Assembly (NCBI RefSeq): GCF_002803295.2
Contig: NZ_PGGB02000013.1
Location: forward strand, 1-32,000
Length of the DNA stretch: 32,000 bases
From: Caedibacter taeniospiralis
GTDB taxonomy: Bacteria; Pseudomonadota; Gammaproteobacteria; Francisellales; Francisellaceae
Reading direction: 5' to 3'
Part shown: positions 11,104-19,416 of the stretch, piece by piece
How positions within the stretch are numbered: the stretch's first letter is position 1
Layout: each line of letters opens with the position of its first letter
Program-made: the position numbers and the translations under genes
The notes under the pieces: model-generated
The model's database searches: none
Seen by the model: only the letters and a program-made list of their open reading frames with translations
What the model was told of the DNA's origin: nothing

Positions 11104-12366
11104 GTGATCAAACGAATAACTGCGTTAGCAAGCGTGTTATTATTATCTGGTTGTAGTGCGATTAATCAATTCTTCAATGCCAAGCAGCAAAGTGCCCCAG
11201 TTAAAAATATGCCGATACAACAAACGTATTATACGGTTCAAACAGGGGATACTTTGTATGAGTTATCGCGCCGATTTAATGTTACAGAGCGCACACTCAT
11301 TTTATGGAATCATTTGAAGTCTCCTTTTGTATTAAACCCTGGGAAAACCGTTCGAGTGGGTCCGTTGCCTGGTGAGAAAATTTCACGTGATGGTTATGTT
11401 TACACCTATCAAACAGGCAATGCAATGTATACGAAAGAAGCTGCCAGCGCGAGGGGCTTCAGTGATCAAGCAAAAATATCGGCATATATTGAGCGTGATA
11501 ATAATTTGCCAATGGTTGATCCTAATGCTGCTCCTGTAGGGGGGCAGGCAGTGCCAATTCCAGTACCAGACAAGGAGGTTGATCTTCACAACTTGGCACA
11601 GCAAAGCGATAGTGCTGCGCCGGCCCATCGAATTCAAAAGAGTACGACAGGATACTACACGGTACAAAGTGGTGATTCACTGCTTGAAATTGCTCAGGCA
11701 AATGAAGTGAGTTTCTCCGATCTGCAAGCATGGAATGATATTAAAGAACCCAGTGTACTTTATGTGGGTAAGCGTCTGCGTGTCAGGGCTCCAGTTAAGG
11801 AAACTAAAGGATTATCAGTAGCAGTACCAACGCCAGCAATGCTGAAGCCTGTAAACCTAAAACAGGAAAATAGTGCCTTAACAAAAGCGCCTCCAGAGAC
11901 ACAGAAAAACACCACAAAAGCTGTATCTGTAGCTAATAGATCAGATACTAATGTAACGGAAAAAGCTTCCATTACGGATAAAACGATTCCTTTGGGTCAA
12001 ACAGTTGCTGGAATTTCCTGGAAATGGCCATTGAAAATGATTGGTGACTTTGGCAAAGAAGGTGTTGACAATGAGCATGAGCTTGAAGTACCGGTCAATA
12101 CCCCAGTGTATGCAGCAGCAAATGGTGATGTGCTTTACGCAGGGGTGGGCATGGGGGGCTACGGTAAGATGGTGATTATTAATCACAAAGACGGCTACAT
12201 CTCAGCATACAATAATCTTTTAGATATTAGTGTTGATGAATCTCAGGGTGTCAGTCAAGGGCAAGCCATAGGCGTTGTCGGTAAGTTTAATGGGAAAAGT
12301 GTCTTGGGATTCGAAATCAGACAAGAGGGTAAAGTGCAAAAACTTTCTGATTTTTATACGTTTTAA
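11104..12366 (+). CDS. nlpD: Lipoprotein with two LysM domains and a C-terminal M23/LytM domain (NlpD-like)
   Basis: GTG start; lipobox LLLSGC; YYTVQTGDTLYELSRRFNV and YYTVQSGDSLLEIAQANEV; M23-like GDVLYAGVGMGGYGKMVIINH. Confidence 0.85.
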   Translation: MIKRITALASVLLLSGCSAINQFFNAKQQSAPVKNMPIQQTYYTVQTGDTLYELSRRFNVTERTLILWNHLKSPFVLNPGKTVRVGPLPGEKISRDGYVYTYQTGNAMYTKEAASARGFSDQAKISAYIERDNNLPMVDPNAAPVGGQAVPIPVPDKEVDLHNLAQQSDSAAPAHRIQKSTTGYYTVQSGDSLLEIAQANEVSFSDLQAWNDIKEPSVLYVGKRLRVRAPVKETKGLSVAVPTPAMLKPVNLKQENSALTKAPPETQKNTTKAVSVANRSDTNVTEKASITDKTIPLGQTVAGISWKWPLKMIGDFGKEGVDNEHELEVPVNTPVYAAANGDVLYAGVGMGGYGKMVIINHKDGYISAYNNLLDISVDESQGVSQGQAIGVVGKFNGKSVLGFEIRQEGKVQKLSDFYTF

Positions 12367-12447
12367 TGATGGGTTATGACTTATACTCACTGGCTCTCAT
12401 GTTGCATAGCCAAGGTCTGAAAATTATCATTATTGGATGAAAATTTG

Positions 12448-12606
12448 GGCTCCGACCATCTTCCCGCCCACTGTCACCCTGTGCGAGGTTGCAGGAGTCA
12501 TTTAAAAGCTGGATTCCCGCCTTCGCGGGAATGACCGTGACTTTTGTTTGGGCGGAAAATTTGCCTAAGCCAAAATTTGATTATGTAGGGGCGTATTGCA
12601 TACGCC
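12448..12606. repeat. Composite intergenic palindromic repeat block upstream of fumC
   Basis: GGCTCCGACCATCTTCCCGCCC; GGATTCCCGCCTTCGCGGGAATGACCGTGA; TTTGTTTGGGCGGAAAATTTGCCTAAGCC; GGGGCGTATTGCATACGCC. Parts recur at 2821, 25981-26109 and 29757-29819. Confidence 0.8.
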
Positions 12607-12660
12607 CATCCGGAAAGAAGCGGGGTAAATAAAAATAAAGAAACGCAAGGAGCTAGGTGC

Positions 12661-14040
12661 ATGAAAACGCGTAAAGAAACTGACAGCATGGGAGAGATTG
12701 AGGTTGATAATAGCAAATATTGGGGGGCGCAAACCGAGCGCTCCTTAGTCTATTTTTCTATTGGCAAGGAACGTATTCCCCACGAAGTTATCAAGGCGCT
12801 TGCTATCATAAAAAAAGCCTCAGCAATGGCAAATGCTGATCTGGGTATTTTGCCTGAGAATAAAAAGATCTTAATCACTCAAGCAGCCGATGAAGTTATT
12901 GAGGGTGAGCATGAGGATCAGTTTCCGCTTCATGTATGGATGACTGGCAGTGGCACGCAGTCTAACATGAATGTCAATGAAGTCATTGCTAATCGGGCGA
13001 TTGAAATCGCTGGAGGTACCTTAGGCAGTAAAAATCCAATCCACCCAAATGACCATGTGAATATGTCGCAATCCTCTAACGACACCTTCCCAACGGCGAT
13101 GTATGTCGCCGCAGCGATTGGTCTGAAAAAAACCTTAATCCCTGCAATCAATTTGATGTATGAAGGGCTTAACAAGAAAGCCAAAGAATGGGAAAAAATC
13201 GTTAAAATTGGGCGCACGCATATGCAGGATGCGGTGCCCCTGACCTTGGGGCAAGAGTTTTCAGGTTACGCTGAGCTGTTACATCAAAATATTAAGCGCT
13301 TAGAGTATGCACTTTTAGATGTCTATCAACTAGCCATGGGTGGTACAGCAGTGGGGACGGGGTTAAATGCACCAAAAGGATTTGCAGAAAAAGCATGTCA
13401 GCATATTGCTAAGATGACTGGTCTGCCTTTTGTGTCAGCTCAGAATAAATTTGCCGTACAAGGTTCACACGATGCGCTTGTTGCGATGATGGGACAAATT
13501 AAGGTGTTGGCAAATTCATTATTTAAAATCGCTAATGATATTCGCCTCTTAAGCTGTGGTCCTCGAGCTGGCTTTTATGAGTTGTTGATCCCCTCCAATG
13601 AGCCAGGCTCATCGATTATGCCAGGCAAAGTGAATCCTACTCAGTGCGAGGCGATAACTATGGCATGTGTGCAAGTCTTTGGACTAGAGCTTGCGGTGAG
13701 TATTGGAGGGAGCGCTGGTTATTTAGAGATGAACGTTTATAAGCCGATGATCATTTATAATATTTTGCAGTCGATTACACTTCTAGCTGATAGTTCGATT
13801 AACTTCACCCGATTCTTGTTAGAGGGCACCAGACCAAATAAGAAAAAAATCGATGAATATCTGCATAATTCCTTAATGCTGGTGACTGCATTAAGCCCTG
13901 TCATTGGATATGATAAGGCATCACAACTCGCGCATTATGCGGATGAGCACGATGCGTCACTAAGTGAAGCAAATAAGGTATTGAAGTTTTTATCACAACA
14001 GGAATTTGATCAAGTGGTTGATCCTTATAAGATGGTTTGA
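12661..14040 (+). CDS. fumC: Fumarate hydratase class II
   Basis: 459 aa; [23 protein letters not shown], signature [15 protein letters not shown]. Confidence 0.98.
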   Translation: MKTRKETDSMGEIEVDNSKYWGAQTERSLVYFSIGKERIPHEVIKALAIIKKASAMANADLGILPENKKILITQAADEVIEGEHEDQFPLHVWMTGSGTQSNMNVNEVIANRAIEIAGGTLGSKNPIHPNDHVNMSQSSNDTFPTAMYVAAAIGLKKTLIPAINLMYEGLNKKAKEWEKIVKIGRTHMQDAVPLTLGQEFSGYAELLHQNIKRLEYALLDVYQLAMGGTAVGTGLNAPKGFAEKACQHIAKMTGLPFVSAQNKFAVQGSHDALVAMMGQIKVLANSLFKIANDIRLLSCGPRAGFYELLIPSNEPGSSIMPGKVNPTQCEAITMACVQVFGLELAVSIGGSAGYLEMNVYKPMIIYNILQSITLLADSSINFTRFLLEGTRPNKKKIDEYLHNSLMLVTALSPVIGYDKASQLAHYADEHDASLSEANKVLKFLSQQEFDQVVDPYKMV

Positions 14041-14043
14041 GTT

Positions 14044-14181
14044 ATGAAAGAAAAAAGGAGTATTGTTGAGTCTGTAAACAAGCAAAAATATTTATTAAGT
14101 GACTGGCTGACTGAAGTGACTGAAGAAAACTTGCAATCCGAAGTCGATTTTGGTCGTGAGCTGGATAATGGAAAATGGTAA
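14044..14181 (+). CDS. 45-aa ORF resembling the C-terminus of MazE/AbrB-family antitoxins
   Basis: MKEKRSIVESVNKQKYLLSDWLTEVTEENLQSEVDFGRELDNGKW; below the track length cutoff; the VTxENLxxEVDFGxxxxxxxW pattern is antitoxin-like. Confidence 0.45.
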   Translation: MKEKRSIVESVNKQKYLLSDWLTEVTEENLQSEVDFGRELDNGKW

Positions 14182-15101
14182 CACGCACTTTATTCTATCT
14201 CTTTAAGTATTTTATATTTTCTACTGTTCTAATTTTTGGTGCTCTACAATTGAGATGGTTATATGCTAATAACTCTAAAGCATTTAGAGTGATCTCTTTA
14301 TCACCCAATACCACTGCAATTATCCATGATGTGATTGAACTCGCGCATAAAGCTAATGAGCAGAGTACTAAGCTTATTGGCAGCATCTATTATAGAGGGC
14401 AGCCTGCGTATTACCAAAACTATCAAAACATTGGGTCTTTTCAAGCACTGAATGTAGAGCGGATTTTAAGTCTTACCCCCGATTTGGTGATTTCTTGGCA
14501 AGGACAGACGCAACCGCAAACCATTGAAGTATTAAAGCACTTTGGAGTTAAAGTTGCGATTTTTAGCGCTAATGACTTAGTGCAATTAGCAGATTCCTTT
14601 GTTGAAATTGGGCAAGCAATACATCTTAAAAATGCGGGAAAACAATTGCAACAAAACTTTTTAACTACACTAGATAAAATAATCAAAGAAAGCACAAATA
14701 ATGTAACAAGCATTGATGCAGAAAAGCCCAAAGTACTTCTGCAATTGGCAGAGAAGCCGATATTTGTCGCAGGTGGGCACAGTATTTTGAATGATATTAT
14801 TATGCGTTGTGGCGGGGTTAGTATTTTCCAATCATTGAAGAAAGCGAGCTTTGAAACAGATATAAATGCAGTGCTAGAGAAAAATCCGGCTGTAATTATT
14901 ATGATATCAGATTCAGATGGTTGGCGTAGGACATCGTCATCTATGTGGCAGCATTGGTCAAGTTTATCTGCGGTTAAAAATAAACATATTTTTCAATTAA
15001 GCTCAGATGGTATCTCGCAATTTTCCCCACAAATCCTCTCGGGGGTGAAAAATATTTGTGATATATTGAGTGCCGTCAATTCAGCGGCTATCAAAAAGTG
15101 A
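14175..15101 (+). CDS. BtuF-like periplasmic (metallo/corrinoid) ABC substrate-binding protein
   Basis: 308 aa; signal/TM, RVISLSPNTTAIIHDV, LNVERILSLTPDLVISWQG, GGVSIFQSL. Confidence 0.8.
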   Translation: MVTRTLFYLFKYFIFSTVLIFGALQLRWLYANNSKAFRVISLSPNTTAIIHDVIELAHKANEQSTKLIGSIYYRGQPAYYQNYQNIGSFQALNVERILSLTPDLVISWQGQTQPQTIEVLKHFGVKVAIFSANDLVQLADSFVEIGQAIHLKNAGKQLQQNFLTTLDKIIKESTNNVTSIDAEKPKVLLQLAEKPIFVAGGHSILNDIIMRCGGVSIFQSLKKASFETDINAVLEKNPAVIIMISDSDGWRRTSSSMWQHWSSLSAVKNKHIFQLSSDGISQFSPQILSGVKNICDILSAVNSAAIKK

Positions 15102-15115
15102 CAGGAGGATAATAA

Positions 15116-15853
15116 ATGTTACATTGTGCTTTTTCTGGGGAATTATTGGGATGCCTTGTTCTGATATTATTGGGTGGCGGGGTGGTTGCTGGTGTTTTAC
15201 TCAAACAGTCAAAAGCAGAAAATAGCGGCTGGATGGTTATTACCGCGGGTTGGGGATTTGCAGTGATGATGGCAGTGTTTGTGGCGCAAGCGGCAGGATC
15301 GCCACAAGCGGATATTAATCCTGCGGTAACCCTTGAGAAATACCTGCTAGGTGATATTTATTCATCTTTTCTGCAAGTGATTTGGTTATGGCTGGCTCAG
15401 GTTATTGGCTGCTTTTTAGGGGCTGTGCTGGTCTGGCTTGCCTACTATACTCATTGGCAATATACCGAAAACGCCCATTTTAAATTAATGATTTTTTCCA
15501 CTTATCCAGCTATGCGCCATAAGGGCAGCAATTTTGTCACTGAACTTATTGCCACGACTTTGCTTATTGTGTTTGTTGGAGCATTGATCAGTTATGGCAA
15601 CCAATTACCATTTGCTAATGGTTCATTACCTTATGTCTTTGGTTTTGCCGTTTGGGGAATTGGTTTATCTTTAGGTGGTCCCACGGGTTACGCGATTAAT
15701 CCCGCGCGTGATTTAGGACCCCGAATTGCCCATGCCCTATTGCCAATTAAAGGCAAAGGTTCAAGTGACTGAAGTTACGCATGGGTCCCGATATTGGCAC
15801 CCTTAGCAGGAGCAGTGATTGGGTTTGTATTAATTCGGCTTTTTATGTTTTAA
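15116..15853 (+). pseudogene. Aquaporin/glycerol facilitator (MIP family) interrupted by an in-frame TGA at 15770-15772
   Basis: Track ORF 15116..15772 contains YAINPARDLGPRIAHALLPIKGKGSSD. Reading in frame past TGA gives SYAWVPILAPLAGAVIGFVLIRLFMF then TAA at 15851-15853, the expected final TM helix. Confidence 0.75.
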
Positions 15854-16400
15854 AGCAAAGTAGGGGCGAAAAATGTTTCGCTTTTTATTAAATCTTCTTC
15901 CAGTGCGAGCAATGCCTTCTCAAAATTAATGACAAGAATTCCATCACTAAGATATCGATCTTCCTTGCCCATATAGAGAATCGTGCACTTAGCCATAGGG
16001 TAATCCTGTTTAAAATGCTTAAGACCTGTTGGCATTCTGCAGAAATGACGGGGTCAGGGCTGATTTTCGCACACTACCCCCAACAATATAATAATTGGAA
16101 AGTTTAAGTCGATCGATGAATTCAATCAAAACATCAGTAAAACCCTTTATGCTGTAGTACCAAGCATATTGATGGCAATCAACGTAGTTTGATAAACCAT
16201 GTCCAGGAAAATCGAGGCAAACCAAGTTGTACTGCTTTTAATAAATCGCAAAGTGGTTCATATGATGTTGTCGATGAATGAAAAGCATGTAATAACAGCA
16301 AAGTTGTATTTTTCCCAGATATGGCATTTGAGTAGTGTAGATTTCCAAATTTAAAATTCATAATATCTGACTGCATACTGATTAATTTTTTTACTGTCAT
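15850..16400 (-). pseudogene. Frameshifted alpha/beta-hydrolase remnant
   Basis: Three minus-strand ORF pieces in different frames: TLLLLHAFHSSTTSYEPLCDLLK; MVCLDFPGHGLSNYVDCHQYAWYYSIKGFTDVLIEFIDRLKLSNYYIVGGS; MPTGLKHFKQDYPMAKCTILYMGKEDRYLSDGILVINF. Confidence 0.7.
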
Positions 16401-17584
16401 ATGACCGCTCCCGCGATTAATGCCGATAAAAAGCTGACCATAGTGGCACCATATACTAAGCGCCAGCCATGGCGCGATACAAATTTAGCGCGTTCGCTAT
16501 TTAGTGCAGCTACTGCGCCAACGACGATACCAATTGAGCTAAAGTTGGCAAAAGAAACCAGAAAGATCGAGATAATCGCAACGCTATGTGAAGAGAATTG
16601 CGTTAAGTGTTCTTTTAAGTAAAGCATTGCCACAAACTCATTTGAGACGAGCTTAGTTGCTATAATCCCACCTGCTTGTACCATTTCATTAGCGGAGATT
16701 CCAAGTAGCCAGGCTAAGGGTGAGAAGATCAATCCTAAAAGTGACTGAAAGGTGAGACCAAAAATTCCGTTAAAAATCCCATTTAGCATGCTGATTAAGG
16801 CAATGAAGCCGATAAGCATGGCGCCAACAATAATCGCTACTTTAAAGCCGTCTAACGTATATTCACTTAGCACTTCAAAAAACGTTTGCTTCTTACCAGA
16901 ATGCAAACTCATATCTTCAAAACTTTGTTCTTGGCTTTGCTCATAGGGATTTAAAATATGCAATACAATAAACGTGCTGAGCATATTAAGGATGAGTGCG
17001 GCGATGATATATTTTGAGTCCAATATTTGCATATAAGAACCAACAATTCCCAGTGAAACGGTTGACATGGCAGTTGCCGCCATCGTGTACATTCGGCGTT
17101 CCGAGATTTGCGAGAGAATGTTTTTATAGGCAATAAAGTTCTCAGATTGCCCTAGAATCAAGGAGCTTAACGCATTAAAAGACTCAAGCTTACCCATACC
17201 GTTAATTTTTGATAAAATCCAGCCTCCACCGCGAATAATAAGTGGCAGAATTTTAAGATATTGCAAAATCCCGATTAATGCCGAAACCAGAACGATTGGC
17301 ATAAGCACATTGAAGAAAAAGACAAAATTATCAGGCACGACTGAGCCAAAGACAAATTTAGTTCCTTCCATGGCGTATTGCATGATATATTCAAAGCCCA
17401 GAGAGATAACATGAATACTGTTGGCGCCTGCTTCTGACTTTAAGAGAAAATAAGCAACAACAATTTCAATAATAATCAGTTGGATAACAAACCTGAATTT
17501 GATCTCTTTACGACTCATGCTGGTAAAATACAGCGCGGTGACCAGAATAATAAACGCAAGCAAAAAGTGTAGCAGTTTGGACAT
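16397..17584 (-). CDS. nupC: NupC-family concentrative nucleoside transporter
   Basis: 395 aa, multi-TM; FVFGSVVPDNFVFFFNVLMPIVLVSALIGILQYLKILP, GQSENFIAYKN. Confidence 0.9.
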   Translation of the reverse strand: MSKLLHFLLAFIILVTALYFTSMSRKEIKFRFVIQLIIIEIVVAYFLLKSEAGANSIHVISLGFEYIMQYAMEGTKFVFGSVVPDNFVFFFNVLMPIVLVSALIGILQYLKILPLIIRGGGWILSKINGMGKLESFNALSSLILGQSENFIAYKNILSQISERRMYTMAATAMSTVSLGIVGSYMQILDSKYIIAALILNMLSTFIVLHILNPYEQSQEQSFEDMSLHSGKKQTFFEVLSEYTLDGFKVAIIVGAMLIGFIALISMLNGIFNGIFGLTFQSLLGLIFSPLAWLLGISANEMVQAGGIIATKLVSNEFVAMLYLKEHLTQFSSHSVAIISIFLVSFANFSSIGIVVGAVAALNSERAKFVSRHGWRLVYGATMVSFLSALIAGAVI

Positions 17585-17750
17585 TCCTTATTTTTCCTTC
17601 AGGTTGATTTGGTGTGATAAATAAATTTAACCGCGCGCATGTTAATACTTTTGGATCAAATTGTCATGTAATTTAGGATGCAAGAGCACGATTAAAAGTG
17701 TTAGTTTTTTGAGTGCTCGGCGACATTGCCTTTCCCCTTGCCTTACCTTA

Positions 17751-17779
17751 CCTTACCACTCTAGAGAGGAGTGGTAAGG
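17751..17779. repeat. 11-bp perfect inverted repeat, 7-nt loop
   Basis: CCTTACCACTC-TAGAGAG-GAGTGGTAAGG. Confidence 0.8.
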
Positions 17780-18561
17780 CTTGTGGGAGAGGTCGCCTTG
17801 CCAAGCAAGGCGGGTGGGGGGTAGATTACCCCTTCATTTAATAAATTCCACATTAAAGTCCGATTGCTTGCCATTACTTTTGCTACTTCCTTCTTATCCT
17901 TGATAAGCATTACTTGTCCAAGCGCCTGCTTGAGCGTTTGAGGTGTCTGTTTTAAATGCTGTAAAAATCTTGCGGTTAGCGCATTTAATTCAAGGGATTG
18001 AACTGCGTCTTTGCTATTGCGATAAATGCAAAAAAAAGTGGGCTTTTGATCCCCTATCTCAGGCAAAAATGTCGCGCTAATTTGATGCACAGGATAATGA
18101 TAAGCGACAATTTCAGCGACATCAGACACAGAATATATCGTGTGATTATCATCAATTTCTCGAGTCATTAAAGTCGATGGCGCCTCGCCTTCAGCCATTT
18201 CAATGACCATTTCCATCCACTCATAATGCGCAAGCTCCATTAAGAAAGGGTAATCTGTTTGCCACAGCATTTTATGGTGCAGTAAGAATTCAACAAAGCT
18301 TTGAGGAATTTCATAGAAGAAGGGGGATTGGCATGGATGCTCAGCATAGAATTGTGTGACTATTTCGTGCCACTTTTTTGAGGGTAGTGCATTTATACAG
18401 ATTGGAAAACAATTACTCAGCAATTCATTTATTCCGTTAAAAAAAGATTGCTCATACACTTGCATCCTTTGAAGCGGAATACCTTCAGGCAGAGGCACTC
18501 TATCTTTGTGACGTATGCGTCTGGCAAAGCTTTTTTGGGTGGCTTGAAATTCAAATGGCAT
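17761..18561 (-). CDS. bufC: DUF2063 / HvfC-BufC-like partner protein
   Basis: 266 aa; QKSFARRIRHKDR..., LQVYEQSFFNGINELLSNCFPIC-type start, FLMELAHYEWMEMVIE; overlaps the DUF692 gene end by 11 bp. Confidence 0.85.
   Translation of the reverse strand: MPFEFQATQKSFARRIRHKDRVPLPEGIPLQRMQVYEQSFFNGINELLSNCFPICINALPSKKWHEIVTQFYAEHPCQSPFFYEIPQSFVEFLLHHKMLWQTDYPFLMELAHYEWMEMVIEMAEGEAPSTLMTREIDDNHTIYSVSDVAEIVAYHYPVHQISATFLPEIGDQKPTFFCIYRNSKDAVQSLELNALTARFLQHLKQTPQTLKQALGQVMLIKDKKEVAKVMASNRTLMWNLLNEGVIYPPPALLGKATSPTSLTTPL
17794..17812. repeat. 8-bp inverted repeat, 3-nt loop, inside the 3' end of the DUF2063 gene
   Basis: CGCCTTGC-CAA-GCAAGGCG. Confidence 0.7.
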
Positions 18562-19396
18562 AAGCTTTCCCCTCTATAAAACGCTGTTGTAATTGCTGAA
18601 GTTGCTTTGTCTCTTGTAGCAAAACCTCTAATTGAGGGACTTCATTATCGCGCTCAAGCAAAGTAGGCAAGAGCCCATGCTTTTGATAGGTGTAATTGAG
18701 CAGTTGCCAAACAGGCTCGATTACCTCATCACCATGGGTATCAATAATCAAATCGGGAGCCTTTTGCCAATGCCCTGCGATGTGGATATAGGCTATTTTA
18801 TTCGTTGGCATTTGATCGATAAATCGGTAAGCGTCATAGCCATGATTAACGCTATTGACGTACACATTATTCACATCGAGTAACAACAAACAATCCCCTT
18901 CACGAAGAATTGCGTTGATAAAGTCCGCCTCTGACATATCTCCCTTGGGTAAGGCGTAATAAGAGATGTTTTCCAAAGCAATGCGCTGCTGTAACGCTTC
19001 TTGGACCTGTTTAATCCGCTTGACCACATAACTCACCGCTTCTTCTGTGAAAGGAATAGGCATCAAATCATATAGCTGCCCCTGGCTGTCACTGCAAAAA
19101 CTCAAGTGTTCACTGTAAAGTTGAATCTTGTGGTTGTGGAAAAATCTTTTTAAAGATTCAATGAAACTTATGTCCAGTGGAACCAATCCACCAATAGACA
19201 ACGACAAACCATGGCAGATCATGGGATATTGCTCGCTATAGGCACGGAGTATTTTTTGGCGCTTGCCACCAATTCCCAGCCAGTTTTCAGGAACAATCTC
19301 AAGAAAATCAACAGGATGTGGCTTCATTGCTAATAATGGACCCATAAACTGGCGTCTTAAACCAAGACCGCATGTGCCAATATTGTCTAGTGACAT
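18551..19396 (-). CDS. bufB: Multinuclear non-heme iron-dependent oxidase (MNIO, DUF692), HvfB/BufB-like
   Basis: GTCGLGLRRQFMGPLLAMKPHPVDFLEIVPENWLGIGG, CHGLSLSIGG, ALENISYYALP, LLLDVNNVYVNSVNHG, YIHIAGHW, IDTHGDEV. ATG 19396 with GGGAAG upstream preferred over track GTG 19417. Confidence 0.93.
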   Translation of the reverse strand: MSLDNIGTCGLGLRRQFMGPLLAMKPHPVDFLEIVPENWLGIGGKRQKILRAYSEQYPMICHGLSLSIGGLVPLDISFIESLKRFFHNHKIQLYSEHLSFCSDSQGQLYDLMPIPFTEEAVSYVVKRIKQVQEALQQRIALENISYYALPKGDMSEADFINAILREGDCLLLLDVNNVYVNSVNHGYDAYRFIDQMPTNKIAYIHIAGHWQKAPDLIIDTHGDEVIEPVWQLLNYTYQKHGLLPTLLERDNEVPQLEVLLQETKQLQQLQQRFIEGKAYAI

Positions 19397-19416
19397 AGTA
19401 ACTTCCCTGCAACACA

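Noticed and set aside
11383-12186. Cluster of minus-strand ORFs antisense to the LysM/M23 gene
   Set aside because: Antisense shadows of a confidently identified gene
12498-12716. 72-aa minus ORF over the intergenic repeat block (ending ...KSHGHSREGGNPAFK)
   Set aside because: Translation of the repeat; the SREGGNP-type string is a common artefact of REP palindromes
15116-15853. Idea that TGA is reassigned to Trp genome-wide
   Set aside because: Several genes here terminate sensibly at TGA (for example ygfB at 20821-20823) and Trp is encoded by TGG throughout; only one suspicious in-frame TGA was found
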